Notes under the pieces: generated by a model
Database searches by the model: none
Told to the model about the DNA's origin: nothing
What the model saw: only the letters and a program-made list of their open reading frames with translations
Made by a program: the position numbers and the translations under genes
From: Deltaproteobacteria bacterium
Lineage (GTDB): Bacteria; Desulfobacterota; Binatia; DP-6
Assembly: GCA_005888095.1 (NCBI GenBank)
Contig: VBKF01000140.1
Coordinates: forward strand, 4,602-68,601
Reading direction: 5' to 3'
DNA length: 64,000 nt
Shown: positions 29,710 to 38,382 of the stretch, one piece after another
Layout: every line of letters begins with the position of its first letter
Numbering within the stretch: the stretch's first letter is position 1

Positions 29710-30009
29710 CACGACGAAGATCCGGCGGATCGCCTCGCGGCCGAGGCGCGCGTTCAGACGTGAGCGGAGCTCGTGCTTCAGGAACTGCAGCTCCTGCATC
29801 CACTCGGAGCTGTCGACGGCGACGAGGAGCACGCCGCGCGCGAGCCGCCGCGGGCGCGCGTGGCGCGCGAGCGTCGCCCCGACCGCGGCATCCCACTCGC
29901 TCCACACCGCCCAGTCCTCGAGCCCCGCGCCCGTGGGCAGGCGGGCGAGCACCGTGCGCAGCACGTCGCCGAGGCGCGTGGGAACGCGCGCCGGCCGCGG
30001 TCGGGTCAC
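29692..30009 (-). CDS. DUF721 (DciA-like) protein
   Basis: W...VG..LA.HARP......LLVAVDSSEWMQELQFLK pattern. Confidence 0.8.
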   Translation of the reverse strand: MTRPRPARVPTRLGDVLRTVLARLPTGAGLEDWAVWSEWDAAVGATLARHARPRRLARGVLLVAVDSSEWMQELQFLKHELRSRLNARLGREAIRRIFVVLAADD

Positions 30010-30035
30010 GGCCGCGCCCCCTTGCAAAAAATCGC

Positions 30036-30088
30036 TTGACAACACAACATGTGGTGGTATATGCGCCTCCGCACACCATACCTGGGAG
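30036..30088 (+). promoter_or_regulatory. sigma70 promoter with tandem NrdR boxes
   Basis: TTGACA at 30036 and TATATG at 30058; box 1 ACACAACATGTGGTGG (30042) and box 2 ACACCATACCTGGGAG (30073), 31 bp apart, resembling acaCwAtATaTwGtg. Confidence 0.8.
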
Positions 30089-30095
30089 GGGCTTG

Positions 30096-32888
30096 ATGGC
30101 GAGGGAGCCGGTGGGCGAGGTGCTGGACGGGGGGCTGTCGGGGGCGGAGGCGGGGCCGGCACCGGGGCGCCGCGGCCTGGCGATCGCGCGGCAGTTCACC
30201 ACGGCGGGCACGAGCCCGTTCGACGAGGTCGAGTGGGAGATCCGTGCTGCCGTGATCCAGGGCGAGGGCGGCGAGACGGTCTTCGAGCAGCGTGACGTCG
30301 AGGTGCCGCGCCGCTGGTCGCAGCTTGCGACCAACGTCGTCGTCTCGAAATACTTCCGCGGGCCGCTGGGGAGCCCGGCCCGGGAGCGGAGCGTCCGCCA
30401 GCTCGTCGCCCGGGTGGTGAACACGATCGGCTCCTGGGGTGCGGAGCAGGGCTACTTCGCCACGCCCGACGACGCCCGCGCGTTCACCGACGAGCTGACG
30501 CACCTCCTGCTGCATCAGAAGCTCTCCTTCAACAGCCCGGTCTGGTTCAACGTCGGCGTCGAGGCGAAGCCGCAGTGCTCGGCCTGCTTCATCCTCTCGG
30601 TCGACGACACCATGGATTCGATCCTCGACTGGTATCGCAGGGAGGGCGTCATTTTCAAAGGCGGCTCGGGCTCGGGCGTGAACCTCTCGCGGCTCCGCTC
30701 GTCCAAGGAGCGCCTTGGCGGCGGCGGCACGGCGTCGGGGCCCGTGTCGTTCATGCGGGCGGCCGACGCCTCGGCCGGGGTCATCAAGTCCGGCGGGAAG
30801 ACGCGACGGGCGGCCAAGATGGTGGTCCTCAACGCCGACCACCCGGACATCGTGGAGTTCATCCGCTGCAAGGCCGAGGAGGAGCGCAAGGCGTGGGCGC
30901 TCATCGCCGCGGGCTACGACCGTTCCCTCGACGGGCCGGCATACGGCTCGATCTTCTTCCAGAACGCCAACAACTCCGTGCGGGTGACTGACGAGTTCAT
31001 GCGGGCGGCGCTCGAAGGGCGTCCGTGGAGCACCCGCTTCGTGACCAGCGGCGAGGTGGCGGAGACGATGCCGGCGCGCACCATCCTGCGCCTGATCGCC
31101 GAGGCCACCCACCAGTGCGGCGATCCGGGGATGCAGTTCGACACCACCATCAACGACTGGCACACCTGCCCGAACTCGGGGCGCATCAACGCGTCCAACC
31201 CGTGCTCGGAGTACATGCACCTCGACGACAGCGCCTGCAATCTCGCGAGCCTGAACCTCATGCAGTTCATCGACGCCGCGGGCGTCTTCGACGTCGCCGC
31301 CTTCCGGCACGCGGTCGACATCGCCATCACCGCGCAGGACATCGTCATCGACCGCTCGAGCTATCCGACGTCCGAGATCGCGGCCAACGCGCATGCCTAC
31401 CGCGAGCTCGGCCTCGGCTACGCCAATCTGGGCGCGCTCCTGATGTCGCTCGGCCTGCCCTACGACTCGGACGCGGGCCGGGAGTACGCGGGAGCGCTGA
31501 CCGCGCTCATGTGCGGCGAGGCCTACCTGCAGTCGACGCGTCTGGCGGCCGCGCTCGGGCCGTACGAGGGCTTCGCGCGCAACCGCGAGCCGCAGCTGCG
31601 CGTCGTCGACAAGCACCGCGCGCACGCCCACCGGCTCGACCCGGCGCTGGTGCCCCTCGACCTCCTCGCGGCCGCGCGCGAGGTCTGGGACACGGGGCTC
31701 GCGGAAGCGCGCGCGCACGGCGTGCGCAACTCGCAGGTGACCGTGCTCGCGCCCACCGGCACGATCGCCTTCATGATGGACTGCGACACGACGGGGGTGG
31801 AGCCCGACATCGCGCTCGTCAAGTACAAGAAGCTGGTCGGCGGCGGCGTGCTGAAGATCGTCAACACGACGGTGCCGCGGGCGCTTCGCCGCCTCGGCTA
31901 CGACTCGCGCGAGGTGCAGGAGATCGTCGAGTACATTGACGAGCACGAGACGATCGAGGGGGCCCAGGCGCTCCGGCCCGAGCACCTCCCGGTCTTCGAC
32001 TGCGCCTTCCGGCCGGCGCGCGGCAGCCGGTCGATCCATCCGCTCGGCCACATCCGGATGATGGCCGCGGTGCAGCCGTTCATCTCGGGGGCGATCTCGA
32101 AGACGATCAACGTCCCCGAGCAGGCGACCGTGGAAGACATCGAGGAGGCGTACGTCGAGTCCTGGCGCCTCGGCTTGAAGGCGGTCGCGATCTACCGCGA
32201 CGGCTGCAAGAAGACGCAGCCGCTCAACACCGTGAAGCCCGGCGCGCAGCGCGCCGACGCCGACAGGGGCGAGGTGAAGGCGGCGGCACCGGAGCCGGCC
32301 AGGCGGATCACGGGAGGGGCGGAGGGGAAGCCGGAGCCGGTCAGGCGGCGGCTTCCAACCAACCGACATGCCCTCTGCCACAAGTTCGACATCGCCGGCC
32401 ACGAGGGCTACATCCACGTCGGCTTCCACGAGGACGGCACGCCCGGCGAGATCTTCATCAAGATGGCCAAGGAGGGAAGCACGATCTCCGGCCTGATGGA
32501 TACGATCGGCGTCCTCACCTCGATGGCGCTGCAGTACGGCGTGCCGCTCGAGGTGCTGGTTTCCAAGTTCAGCCACGTGCGCTTCGAGCCGTCGGGCTTC
32601 ACCAAGAACCCGGACATCCCGATCGCGAAGTCTCTCATCGACTACATCTTCCGCTTCCTCGGCACTCGGTTTCTGGGCGCCGAGCAGCGCGTGGCGATCG
32701 GCCTGGCCGAGCGCCCCGAGCCGGCGCCGGTGACGACGCCGGCGGTGACGGCGACCTCCACCCGGGCCCCGCTCGCCTTCAGCCCGCAGGCGGATGCGCC
32801 GAGCTGTCCGGACTGCGGGTCGCTGATGATCCGCAACGGCTCCTGTTACAAGTGCCTCAACTGCGGCGCGACGAGCGGCTGCTCGTAG
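30096..32888 (+). CDS. nrdJ: Class II (adenosylcobalamin-dependent) ribonucleotide reductase with C-terminal TSCPD/Zn-ribbon region
   Basis: FNSPVWFN, QCSACF, SNPCSE, LAPTGTI, YRDGCK, CPDCG...CLNCG. Confidence 0.96.
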   Translation: MAREPVGEVLDGGLSGAEAGPAPGRRGLAIARQFTTAGTSPFDEVEWEIRAAVIQGEGGETVFEQRDVEVPRRWSQLATNVVVSKYFRGPLGSPARERSVRQLVARVVNTIGSWGAEQGYFATPDDARAFTDELTHLLLHQKLSFNSPVWFNVGVEAKPQCSACFILSVDDTMDSILDWYRREGVIFKGGSGSGVNLSRLRSSKERLGGGGTASGPVSFMRAADASAGVIKSGGKTRRAAKMVVLNADHPDIVEFIRCKAEEERKAWALIAAGYDRSLDGPAYGSIFFQNANNSVRVTDEFMRAALEGRPWSTRFVTSGEVAETMPARTILRLIAEATHQCGDPGMQFDTTINDWHTCPNSGRINASNPCSEYMHLDDSACNLASLNLMQFIDAAGVFDVAAFRHAVDIAITAQDIVIDRSSYPTSEIAANAHAYRELGLGYANLGALLMSLGLPYDSDAGREYAGALTALMCGEAYLQSTRLAAALGPYEGFARNREPQLRVVDKHRAHAHRLDPALVPLDLLAAAREVWDTGLAEARAHGVRNSQVTVLAPTGTIAFMMDCDTTGVEPDIALVKYKKLVGGGVLKIVNTTVPRALRRLGYDSREVQEIVEYIDEHETIEGAQALRPEHLPVFDCAFRPARGSRSIHPLGHIRMMAAVQPFISGAISKTINVPEQATVEDIEEAYVESWRLGLKAVAIYRDGCKKTQPLNTVKPGAQRADADRGEVKAAAPEPARRITGGAEGKPEPVRRRLPTNRHALCHKFDIAGHEGYIHVGFHEDGTPGEIFIKMAKEGSTISGLMDTIGVLTSMALQYGVPLEVLVSKFSHVRFEPSGFTKNPDIPIAKSLIDYIFRFLGTRFLGAEQRVAIGLAERPEPAPVTTPAVTATSTRAPLAFSPQADAPSCPDCGSLMIRNGSCYKCLNCGATSGCS

Positions 32889-32972
32889 CCGCGGCGGCTT
32901 CGATGTGTGGAGGCGGCGGCGGAGTGGTGGGGCGGTAGGCCTCCTCGGCGGGGTGGTGGTCCGCGGGGCGGA

Positions 32973-33000
32973 CGCGGGGCGCCTTTCGAGGCGCCCCGCG
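32973..33000 (+). terminator. GC-rich hairpin after nrdJ
   Basis: CGCGGGGCGCCT-TTCG-AGGCGCCCCGCG, 12-bp perfect stem, no U-tract. Confidence 0.55.
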
Positions 33001-33012
33001 GCGGCGGGCGGC

Positions 33013-33040
33013 TTGACAGCGTGAGAACCGCTTCTATAAG
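33013..33040 (+). promoter_or_regulatory. sigma70-like promoter for the gcvH-like gene
   Basis: TTGACA-16 nt-TATAAG. Confidence 0.6.
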
Positions 33041-33093
33041 AGGCCGCAGCCGGCCGGATTCGAGCCCGCACGCCCGTCGACGAGGAGCCACCG

Positions 33094-33480
33094 ATGGCGG
33101 AAACCCTGAAGTTCACCGAGGACCACCTGTGGGTGCGCGTGGAGGGGAACCGCGCGCACCTTGGGATCTCGGAGTACGGTCAGGCCGACCTCGGCGAGGT
33201 AATCGCGGTGGAGCTGCCCGACGTCGGCGATGAGCTCGAGAAGGGCGAGCCCTTCGGCGAGATCGAGTCCGTGCGCACCGTCTCCGAGCTGCTCGCGCCG
33301 CTGAGCGGCACGGTCGTCGCGACCAACACCGAGCTCGACGACCACCCGGCGATCGTCAACGAGGATCCCTACCACGAGGGCTGGCTCGTGGAGGTCGAGA
33401 TGACGGACGAGGCGGAGCTCGAGGACCTGATGGATGCCGACGAGTACGAAGAGTACGCCGCCGGCGAAGAGGAGAGCTGA
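33094..33480 (+). CDS. gcvH: Glycine cleavage H-like protein with the lipoyl Lys replaced by Arg
   Basis: DHLW...GISEYGQADLGEV...ESVRTVSELLAPLSG...VNEDPY.EGWL; GAGGAG RBS. Confidence 0.85.
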   Translation: MAETLKFTEDHLWVRVEGNRAHLGISEYGQADLGEVIAVELPDVGDELEKGEPFGEIESVRTVSELLAPLSGTVVATNTELDDHPAIVNEDPYHEGWLVEVEMTDEAELEDLMDADEYEEYAAGEEES

Positions 33481-33483
33481 GGC

Positions 33484-33789
33484 CTAGCGTCGCTGGCGGC
33501 CGTCGCGCGACGAGCTGCGGAAGCGATAGACGATCTCGCCAGGCTTGACGAGCCCGAGCTGCCGGCGGGCGAGCTCCTCGAGGTAGAGGTCGTCGTCCTT
33601 GAGTCGCGCGAGGTCCTCGCGGAGCCGCGCGTTCTCTTCGAGCAGCGCGAACGCCGTCCGCCCCAGGTCCTGCCGCTCGGCGCGCAGCCGGAGGAGATGC
33701 GGGACGCCGTGCTCGCCGATCAGAGCCGACACCGTCACCGTGGCGATGGCCAGCAGCAGCACCGCGCTCAGCACTCGCCCGCTCGCCAT
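33484..33789 (-). CDS. ftsB: Septum formation initiator (FtsB/DivIC family)
   Basis: TM helix, GEHG, coiled coil, LEELARRQLGLVKPGEIVY. Confidence 0.85.
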   Translation of the reverse strand: MASGRVLSAVLLLAIATVTVSALIGEHGVPHLLRLRAERQDLGRTAFALLEENARLREDLARLKDDDLYLEELARRQLGLVKPGEIVYRFRSSSRDGRQRR

Positions 33790-33929
33790 CCGCACCGCGA
33801 AGAGTGGTAACGGAAAGCGTGCACGGAGGCAACGGCGAAGAAGTAGAACGTCCTGCTACTCCCCGCTGTCCGAGAGAGGGGAACGCCATTCTAGGGTCGG
33901 GATGATCGAGCGCGGACGCCGAGCGCCGG

Positions 33930-33993
33930 TTTAAAAAAAAATTTCCAAAACGGCGGTCGTCTATTGACTCTTGCGCCGACGCACCTCTATACT
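33930..33993 (+). promoter_or_regulatory. Strong sigma70 promoter with an UP-like element
   Basis: A/T tract TTTAAAAAAAAATTTCCAAAA, then TTGACT (33964)-18 nt-TATACT (33988). Confidence 0.8.
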
Positions 33994-34080
33994 TCGTGCC
34001 GTGGTGGTTGAGGTGTGGAGTGGCTTCTCGCCTGAGAGAGGGACGGAAGGGAACGTTCTCGATTCCAACAGGAGGTAACC

Positions 34081-34173
34081 ATGGCGGCAAAGAAGAAGGC
34101 GAAGAAGGCGAAGAAGAAGAGCAAGGCGAAGAAAAAGGCCCCCTCGAAGAAGAAGGGGTCGAAGAAGAAGTAG
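34081..34173 (+). CDS. 30-aa Lys-rich small protein (histone H1-tail-like), MAAKKKAKKAKKKSKAKKKAPSKKKGSKKK
   Basis: AGGAGGT RBS, ATG, 17 of 18 Lys codons are AAG, tandem stops TAG TGA, own promoter and terminator; absent from the ORF track. Confidence 0.85.
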   Translation: MAAKKKAKKAKKKSKAKKKAPSKKKGSKKK

Positions 34174-34270
34174 TGAGCGCGTTGGCTGCATCCGATCCGC
34201 AGTTGCTAGGCACGTAAGACCCAAGGATTTCATCTCAGGCGAGAATGGGCCCGTTGGCCGGGCCCACGGA

Positions 34271-34300
34271 AAGGCCCTTCGAGTCACGAAGGGCCTTTTT
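34271..34300 (+). terminator. Intrinsic terminator
   Basis: AAGGCCCTTCG-AGTCA-CGAAGGGCCTTTTT. Confidence 0.85.
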
Positions 34301-34324
34301 CGTTGGAGCGCCAAAGGCTCGCCC

Positions 34325-35110
34325 ATGCTGAGCGCCGACATCGTCCGCCCCGAGAGCGCGCGCTACACGACGTCGCTCCTCTGCATTCCCGGCCTCTGGG
34401 CGGGGCCTGACGTCTGGCGCGCCTTCGCGGGCTACCTGGCGCACCGGGGCTGGGAGAGCCACCTGCTCGACGTGCGGGCGCTCGATGCGGGCGTCGCGGA
34501 GCGAGCGGCCGCCGTGGCGGCGCATGCGGCGGCGCTGCCCACCCCGCCCGTGCTGCTCGGCCACGACCTGGGAAGCCTGGTCGCCCTCGCCGCCGCGGCG
34601 CGCACCCGGACCGCCGCCGTGGTGCTCCTGGCCCCGCTCGTGCCGGGCAGCGCCCCGGCCCGTGCCCTCGCGCTCCGGCCGGGGACCTTCCTGCAGCTCC
34701 TGCTCGCGCGGCCGGTGCCGCCGCCGGGCGTCCGCGCGGCGGCGCCGCTGTGCGGCGAGCTCGCGGCGCCGCTCGGCCGCGCCGTCGTCGCGAGCCTCGC
34801 CCCGGAGAGCCCGCGCGTGCTGCGCGAGGTGGTGCGGCCGCGAACGCCGCCGGCCGCCGTCGCCGGCGTCCCCGCGCTCGTCGTCACGGGCGACCGCGAC
34901 CCGCTGCTGCCCGCGCCGGCGGCTGCCGCCTTCGCCCGCGCTCTCGGCGCGGAGCATCAGTCGCTCGACGGCGCCGGTCACTGGCTGTTCGCGGGTCCCG
35001 CCTGGCAGCGCGGCGTCGGGCTCGTGCACCGCTGGATCATCCAGCGGCTGGGCGAGCCGCTGCTCGAGCGCTACGCCGAGGCGATGACCGAGCGCGAGGA
35101 GGACCGCTGA
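34325..35110 (+). CDS. Alpha/beta-fold hydrolase
   Basis: PGLW oxyanion region, GHDLG elbow, GDRD, AGHW. Confidence 0.8.
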   Translation: MLSADIVRPESARYTTSLLCIPGLWAGPDVWRAFAGYLAHRGWESHLLDVRALDAGVAERAAAVAAHAAALPTPPVLLGHDLGSLVALAAAARTRTAAVVLLAPLVPGSAPARALALRPGTFLQLLLARPVPPPGVRAAAPLCGELAAPLGRAVVASLAPESPRVLREVVRPRTPPAAVAGVPALVVTGDRDPLLPAPAAAAFARALGAEHQSLDGAGHWLFAGPAWQRGVGLVHRWIIQRLGEPLLERYAEAMTEREEDR

Positions 35111-35149
35111 CTCGCTAGGCTAGTCAGGAGCTCGACTCGAGATGGAATC

Positions 35150-35244
35150 TCCGCGCGCGCCGCGCGCGCGGCCGAGCGCAGCGAGCGGGGAGTGAGGACC
35201 CGGCGGGCTCCGCCCGCCGGGGCGAGGGGCGGGAAGCCCCTCGC
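35150..35244. repeat. REP-like double hairpin between convergent genes
   Basis: CCGGCGGGC-TCC-GCCCGCCGG followed by GCGAGGGGC-GGGAA-GCCCCTCGC. Confidence 0.55.
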
Positions 35245-35248
35245 TGAT

Positions 35249-35944
35249 CTAGGTTGCCTTGGGCTCGAGGAACGTGTGCAGGCCGCACTCCGTCTTGGCC
35301 TGCCCGGCCCAGCGGCCGCTCCGCTCGTCGCCGCCGGCGAGCGGCGGCCGCGTGCACGGCGCGCAGCCGATGCTCGTGTACCCCTGCTCGAAGAGCGGAT
35401 GGGTGGGGATACCGTGACGCTCGAGGTAGTAGAACGTGTCCTTCGACGTCCACGACGCCAGCGGGTTCACCTTGTAGAGGGCGCCCTGCTGGAGCTCCTC
35501 GACGATCGGGATCGCTGCCCGCGTCGACGCCTGATCCCGCCGCCGACCGTTGACCCAGGCACGCACGCTCGGGAGATAGCGCTTGAGCGGCTCGACCTTG
35601 TTGATGTGGCAGCAGAGGTCCGGGTTGCGCGCGTAGAGGTCGAGGCCGTAGCGCGCGGCGAACTCGGGGCGCGGCATGATCGGCTCGAGCTCGACGAGCC
35701 GGAGTCCCAGGCGGCGCACGATCTCGTCACGGTAGGCGAGGGTCTCGGGGAAGTGGAACCCCGTGTTGATGAACACGATCGGCGCCTCGGGGGCGATCGC
35801 ATGCAGCATGTGGGCGAGGACGACGCCGTCGTGCTGGAAGGAGCAGGTGAGCATCACGTCGGGCCGAAAGCGCTCCCACGCCCACGCGAGAATCCCTTCC
35901 GGAGTCGCATGCTCGAGCTCGCGGTTCCACTCGGTGACCGACAC
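35249..35944 (-). CDS. cysH: APS/PAPS reductase ([4Fe-4S] APS-type motifs)
   Basis: NTGFHFPET, CCHINKVEP, GRRRDQ, SIGCAPCT, RSGRW, KTECGLH; GTG start estimated. Confidence 0.93.
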   Translation of the reverse strand: MSVTEWNRELEHATPEGILAWAWERFRPDVMLTCSFQHDGVVLAHMLHAIAPEAPIVFINTGFHFPETLAYRDEIVRRLGLRLVELEPIMPRPEFAARYGLDLYARNPDLCCHINKVEPLKRYLPSVRAWVNGRRRDQASTRAAIPIVEELQQGALYKVNPLASWTSKDTFYYLERHGIPTHPLFEQGYTSIGCAPCTRPPLAGGDERSGRWAGQAKTECGLHTFLEPKAT

Positions 35945-36051
35945 GTTGCGACCGTAACACAGGGGTATGGCACGGGCAACGCAGCCCGACGTCTCTCGCA
36001 TCAGCGCGCTCCACTTTGACACGGCTCGACGGGGCTGTTAGCCCTCGATGG

Positions 36052-37194
36052 ATGAACGCCTACATCATCGACGCCTGCCGGACGCCCCGCGGTCGCCGTG
36101 GCGCCGGCCTTGCCGGTGTGCACCCGATCGACCTCTGCACCGTGCCGATGCACGCCATCGTGGCGCGCACCGGCGTGGATGCGACCCGCATCGACGACGC
36201 GATCATCGGCTGCGTCACCGAGACGGGCGAGCAGGGCGCCTGCGTCGCGCGCGCCGCGGTGCTGGCCGCCGGCTGGCCGATCGAGATCGCCGGCGTCAGC
36301 CTGAACCGCTTCTGCGGCTCGGGCCAGACGGCCGTCAACCTGGCGGCGCAGGGGGCGGCGTCGGGCGCCTACGACCTGGTCTACGCGGGCGGCGTCGAGA
36401 GCATGAGCCGCTGCCCGATGGGCTCGGACATGGGCCCGCTGCCGCCGAGCCTGACCGAGCGCTACAACCTCGTGCCGCAGGGCATCTCGGCCGAGATGAT
36501 CGCCGAGCGCTGGAACTACTCGCGCGAGCAGCTCGACCGCTATGCCCTCGAGAGCCAGCGCCGCGCCTGGCAGGCGATCCAGGAGGGCCGCTTCGAGAAG
36601 AGCCTCGTCCCGGTCGCGGACGCGCCGCAGCCGGACGGCTCCCGCAAGACCGTGAAGGTCGACGAGCACCCCCGGCCGCAGACGACGCTCGAGGGGCTCA
36701 TGGCGCTCAAGCCCTCGTTCAAGGCCGACGGCAAGATCCACGCCGGCAACTCGAGCGGGATCGTCGACGGCGCGGCCGGCGTGCTCATCGCCTCCGGCCG
36801 CGGCGTCGACGAGCTCGGCCTTACGCCGCGGGCGCGCATCGTCGACACCGTCATCGTCGGCTCCGAGCCCGTGATCATGCTGACCGGCCCCATCCCGGCC
36901 ACCGAGAAGATCCTCCGCCGCACGGGCATGACGATCGCCGACGTGGATCTGGTCGAGATCAACGAGGCATTCGCGCCCGTGCCGATGATCACCATGCAGG
37001 AGGTCGGCATCCCGCCCGAGAAAGTGAACGTGAACGGCGGCGCGATCGCCCTGGGCCATCCGCTCGGCGCAACGGGCGCCATGCTGATCGGCACGCTGCT
37101 CGACGAGCTCGAGCGCCAGGACAAGACCGTCGGCCTGTGCACCATGTGCATCGGCTACGGCATGGGCATCGCGACGATCATCGAGCGGGTGTAG
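36052..37194 (+). CDS. Acetyl-CoA C-acyltransferase (thiolase)
   Basis: NRFCGSG, EINEAF, NGGAIALGHPLGATG, CIGYGMG. Confidence 0.95.
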   Translation: MNAYIIDACRTPRGRRGAGLAGVHPIDLCTVPMHAIVARTGVDATRIDDAIIGCVTETGEQGACVARAAVLAAGWPIEIAGVSLNRFCGSGQTAVNLAAQGAASGAYDLVYAGGVESMSRCPMGSDMGPLPPSLTERYNLVPQGISAEMIAERWNYSREQLDRYALESQRRAWQAIQEGRFEKSLVPVADAPQPDGSRKTVKVDEHPRPQTTLEGLMALKPSFKADGKIHAGNSSGIVDGAAGVLIASGRGVDELGLTPRARIVDTVIVGSEPVIMLTGPIPATEKILRRTGMTIADVDLVEINEAFAPVPMITMQEVGIPPEKVNVNGGAIALGHPLGATGAMLIGTLLDELERQDKTVGLCTMCIGYGMGIATIIERV

Positions 37195-37200
37195 GTCGTC

Positions 37201-37337
37201 GCTGTAGTCGCGCGGCGGCGGGCGGGGCCGGGGGCCGGCGCTCCGCGCTCTCGCCGGTCATCGACGCCGCGGCCACGGGCCCACCGCGTGTCCGGCTCGA
37301 GAGGTCGCGGCGGCCCCCGGCCCCGCCCACCGCCGCG
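37201..37337 (+). repeat. Structured repeat copy A (inverted relative to B and C)
   Basis: GCTGTAG then outer stem GCGGCGGCGGGCGGGGCCGGGGGCC/GGCCCCCGGCCCCGCCCACCGCCGC around a core homologous to the reverse complement of B and C. Confidence 0.75.
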
Positions 37338-37368
37338 GGTCACGACAACGCCGGCCCCCGCTCGATAC

Positions 37369-37535
37369 TCCTCTACTGGAGACGAGTGGAGATGTCCTCG
37401 AAGCGCAGCCTGCACGTGCGAAGGGCCGCGAGACCCGAGCCCCGGGCGGGGGTGGCCCCCGCCGCGATCTCTCGAGCCGGACGCGCAGGTCGGCCCTGGT
37501 CGAGGCGTCGATGACCGGCGAGAAGGTGAGCGGAG
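37369..37535 (-). repeat. Structured repeat copy C (167-bp direct repeat of 38383-38549, one outer arm missing)
   Basis: About 10 mismatches to 38383-38549 by manual alignment. Confidence 0.9.
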
Positions 37536-37796
37536 TGAGCTCGCCCGCATCACCAAGCTAACTGTGAACTGTGGCATGCCGCTGGTCGCGAAGAGCAATG
37601 AGATCTTCGCGCGAGATCCGGAAGTCTTAGCGGGCAGCAAAGAGGCGTACCTCACCTCAGAGATCCAGTGGATCTTGGGTGGATCTAAAAACCGTAGTAA
37701 ATACAATGGGTTAGGCTTGCACCGTCTCGGACCCCATGTTACGGTTAGGCCGTCTCGGTGATCAGCGCAACCTTCTAGCAAGAAAGAGGGCCAGCG

Positions 37797-38354
37797 ATGG
37801 CGGAAAAGGCGAACCCATTTCGCGACGCGCTCTACGATGCGTTAGGGAGGAGAGGAGTCCGTTGGGTGCGGGACTTTGGCGGGGGGCGGCACGCCGAACT
37901 CTACACGCGCGAGGATCGGTGGCTTGCTCTCCTTGTCCAAAAGACCCTGTCCGCCCAGCCCTGGTGGAACATTCCGCACTACTTCGAAGAGCTACACGCG
38001 CTAGAACAAGAGCATCCGGCATACCTGGTCGTCGAAGTCTTCCAAGACGACCCGCAGGGTGGCACCGTGCTCACCGGAAAGGAGCTTGAGCCGCTGTTCA
38101 TGGCGGGCTCCGCAGACCGCTTCAGAAATGTGAAGGTGCTGCCGAGCGATCTCAGCGCCGGAACATACCTCAGGGGAGCCGAGCGTATGGCGGACTTCAT
38201 CCAGGCGCTTCTGACCGAGCTTCCGCCGGAACCAGGGCTTACACCCACCCAGCTCATTCCTGCGTCGCCACGCCGCCGGCGGCGCAGTCGATGGATGCGG
38301 GAGCTCTTCGGGGAAGAGGATAGCCAGAGCCTCGATCTCCGAGACAAGGATTGA
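37797..38354 (+). CDS. Orphan hypothetical protein in a low-GC insert
   Basis: AAGAGG RBS, 185-aa ORF, atypical codon usage, located between the 167-bp direct repeats. Confidence 0.65.
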   Translation: MAEKANPFRDALYDALGRRGVRWVRDFGGGRHAELYTREDRWLALLVQKTLSAQPWWNIPHYFEELHALEQEHPAYLVVEVFQDDPQGGTVLTGKELEPLFMAGSADRFRNVKVLPSDLSAGTYLRGAERMADFIQALLTELPPEPGLTPTQLIPASPRRRRRSRWMRELFGEEDSQSLDLRDKD

Positions 38355-38382
38355 AGGAGCCGACGTGATGCTCGCGACGCCG

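Noticed and set aside
27906..30095. Apparent 730-aa N-terminal extension of nrdJ in the ORF track
   Set aside because: It overlaps the Nudix, thiI and DUF721 genes; promoter, NrdR boxes and RBS place the start at 30096
30010..30095. Cobalamin riboswitch before nrdJ
   Set aside because: The intergenic region is too short and lacks a B12 box; NrdR boxes explain it
34000..34300. 6S RNA or tmRNA
   Set aside because: The ends pair, but the interior is a purine-rich ORF with a strong RBS; no 6S-like extended duplex and no tRNA-like acceptor or T-arm is visible
35968..35983. sigma54 promoter for the thiolase (TGGCAC-GGGCA-ACGCA)
   Set aside because: The -12 element lacks TT, and a TTGACA-type promoter at 36016 is an equally good explanation
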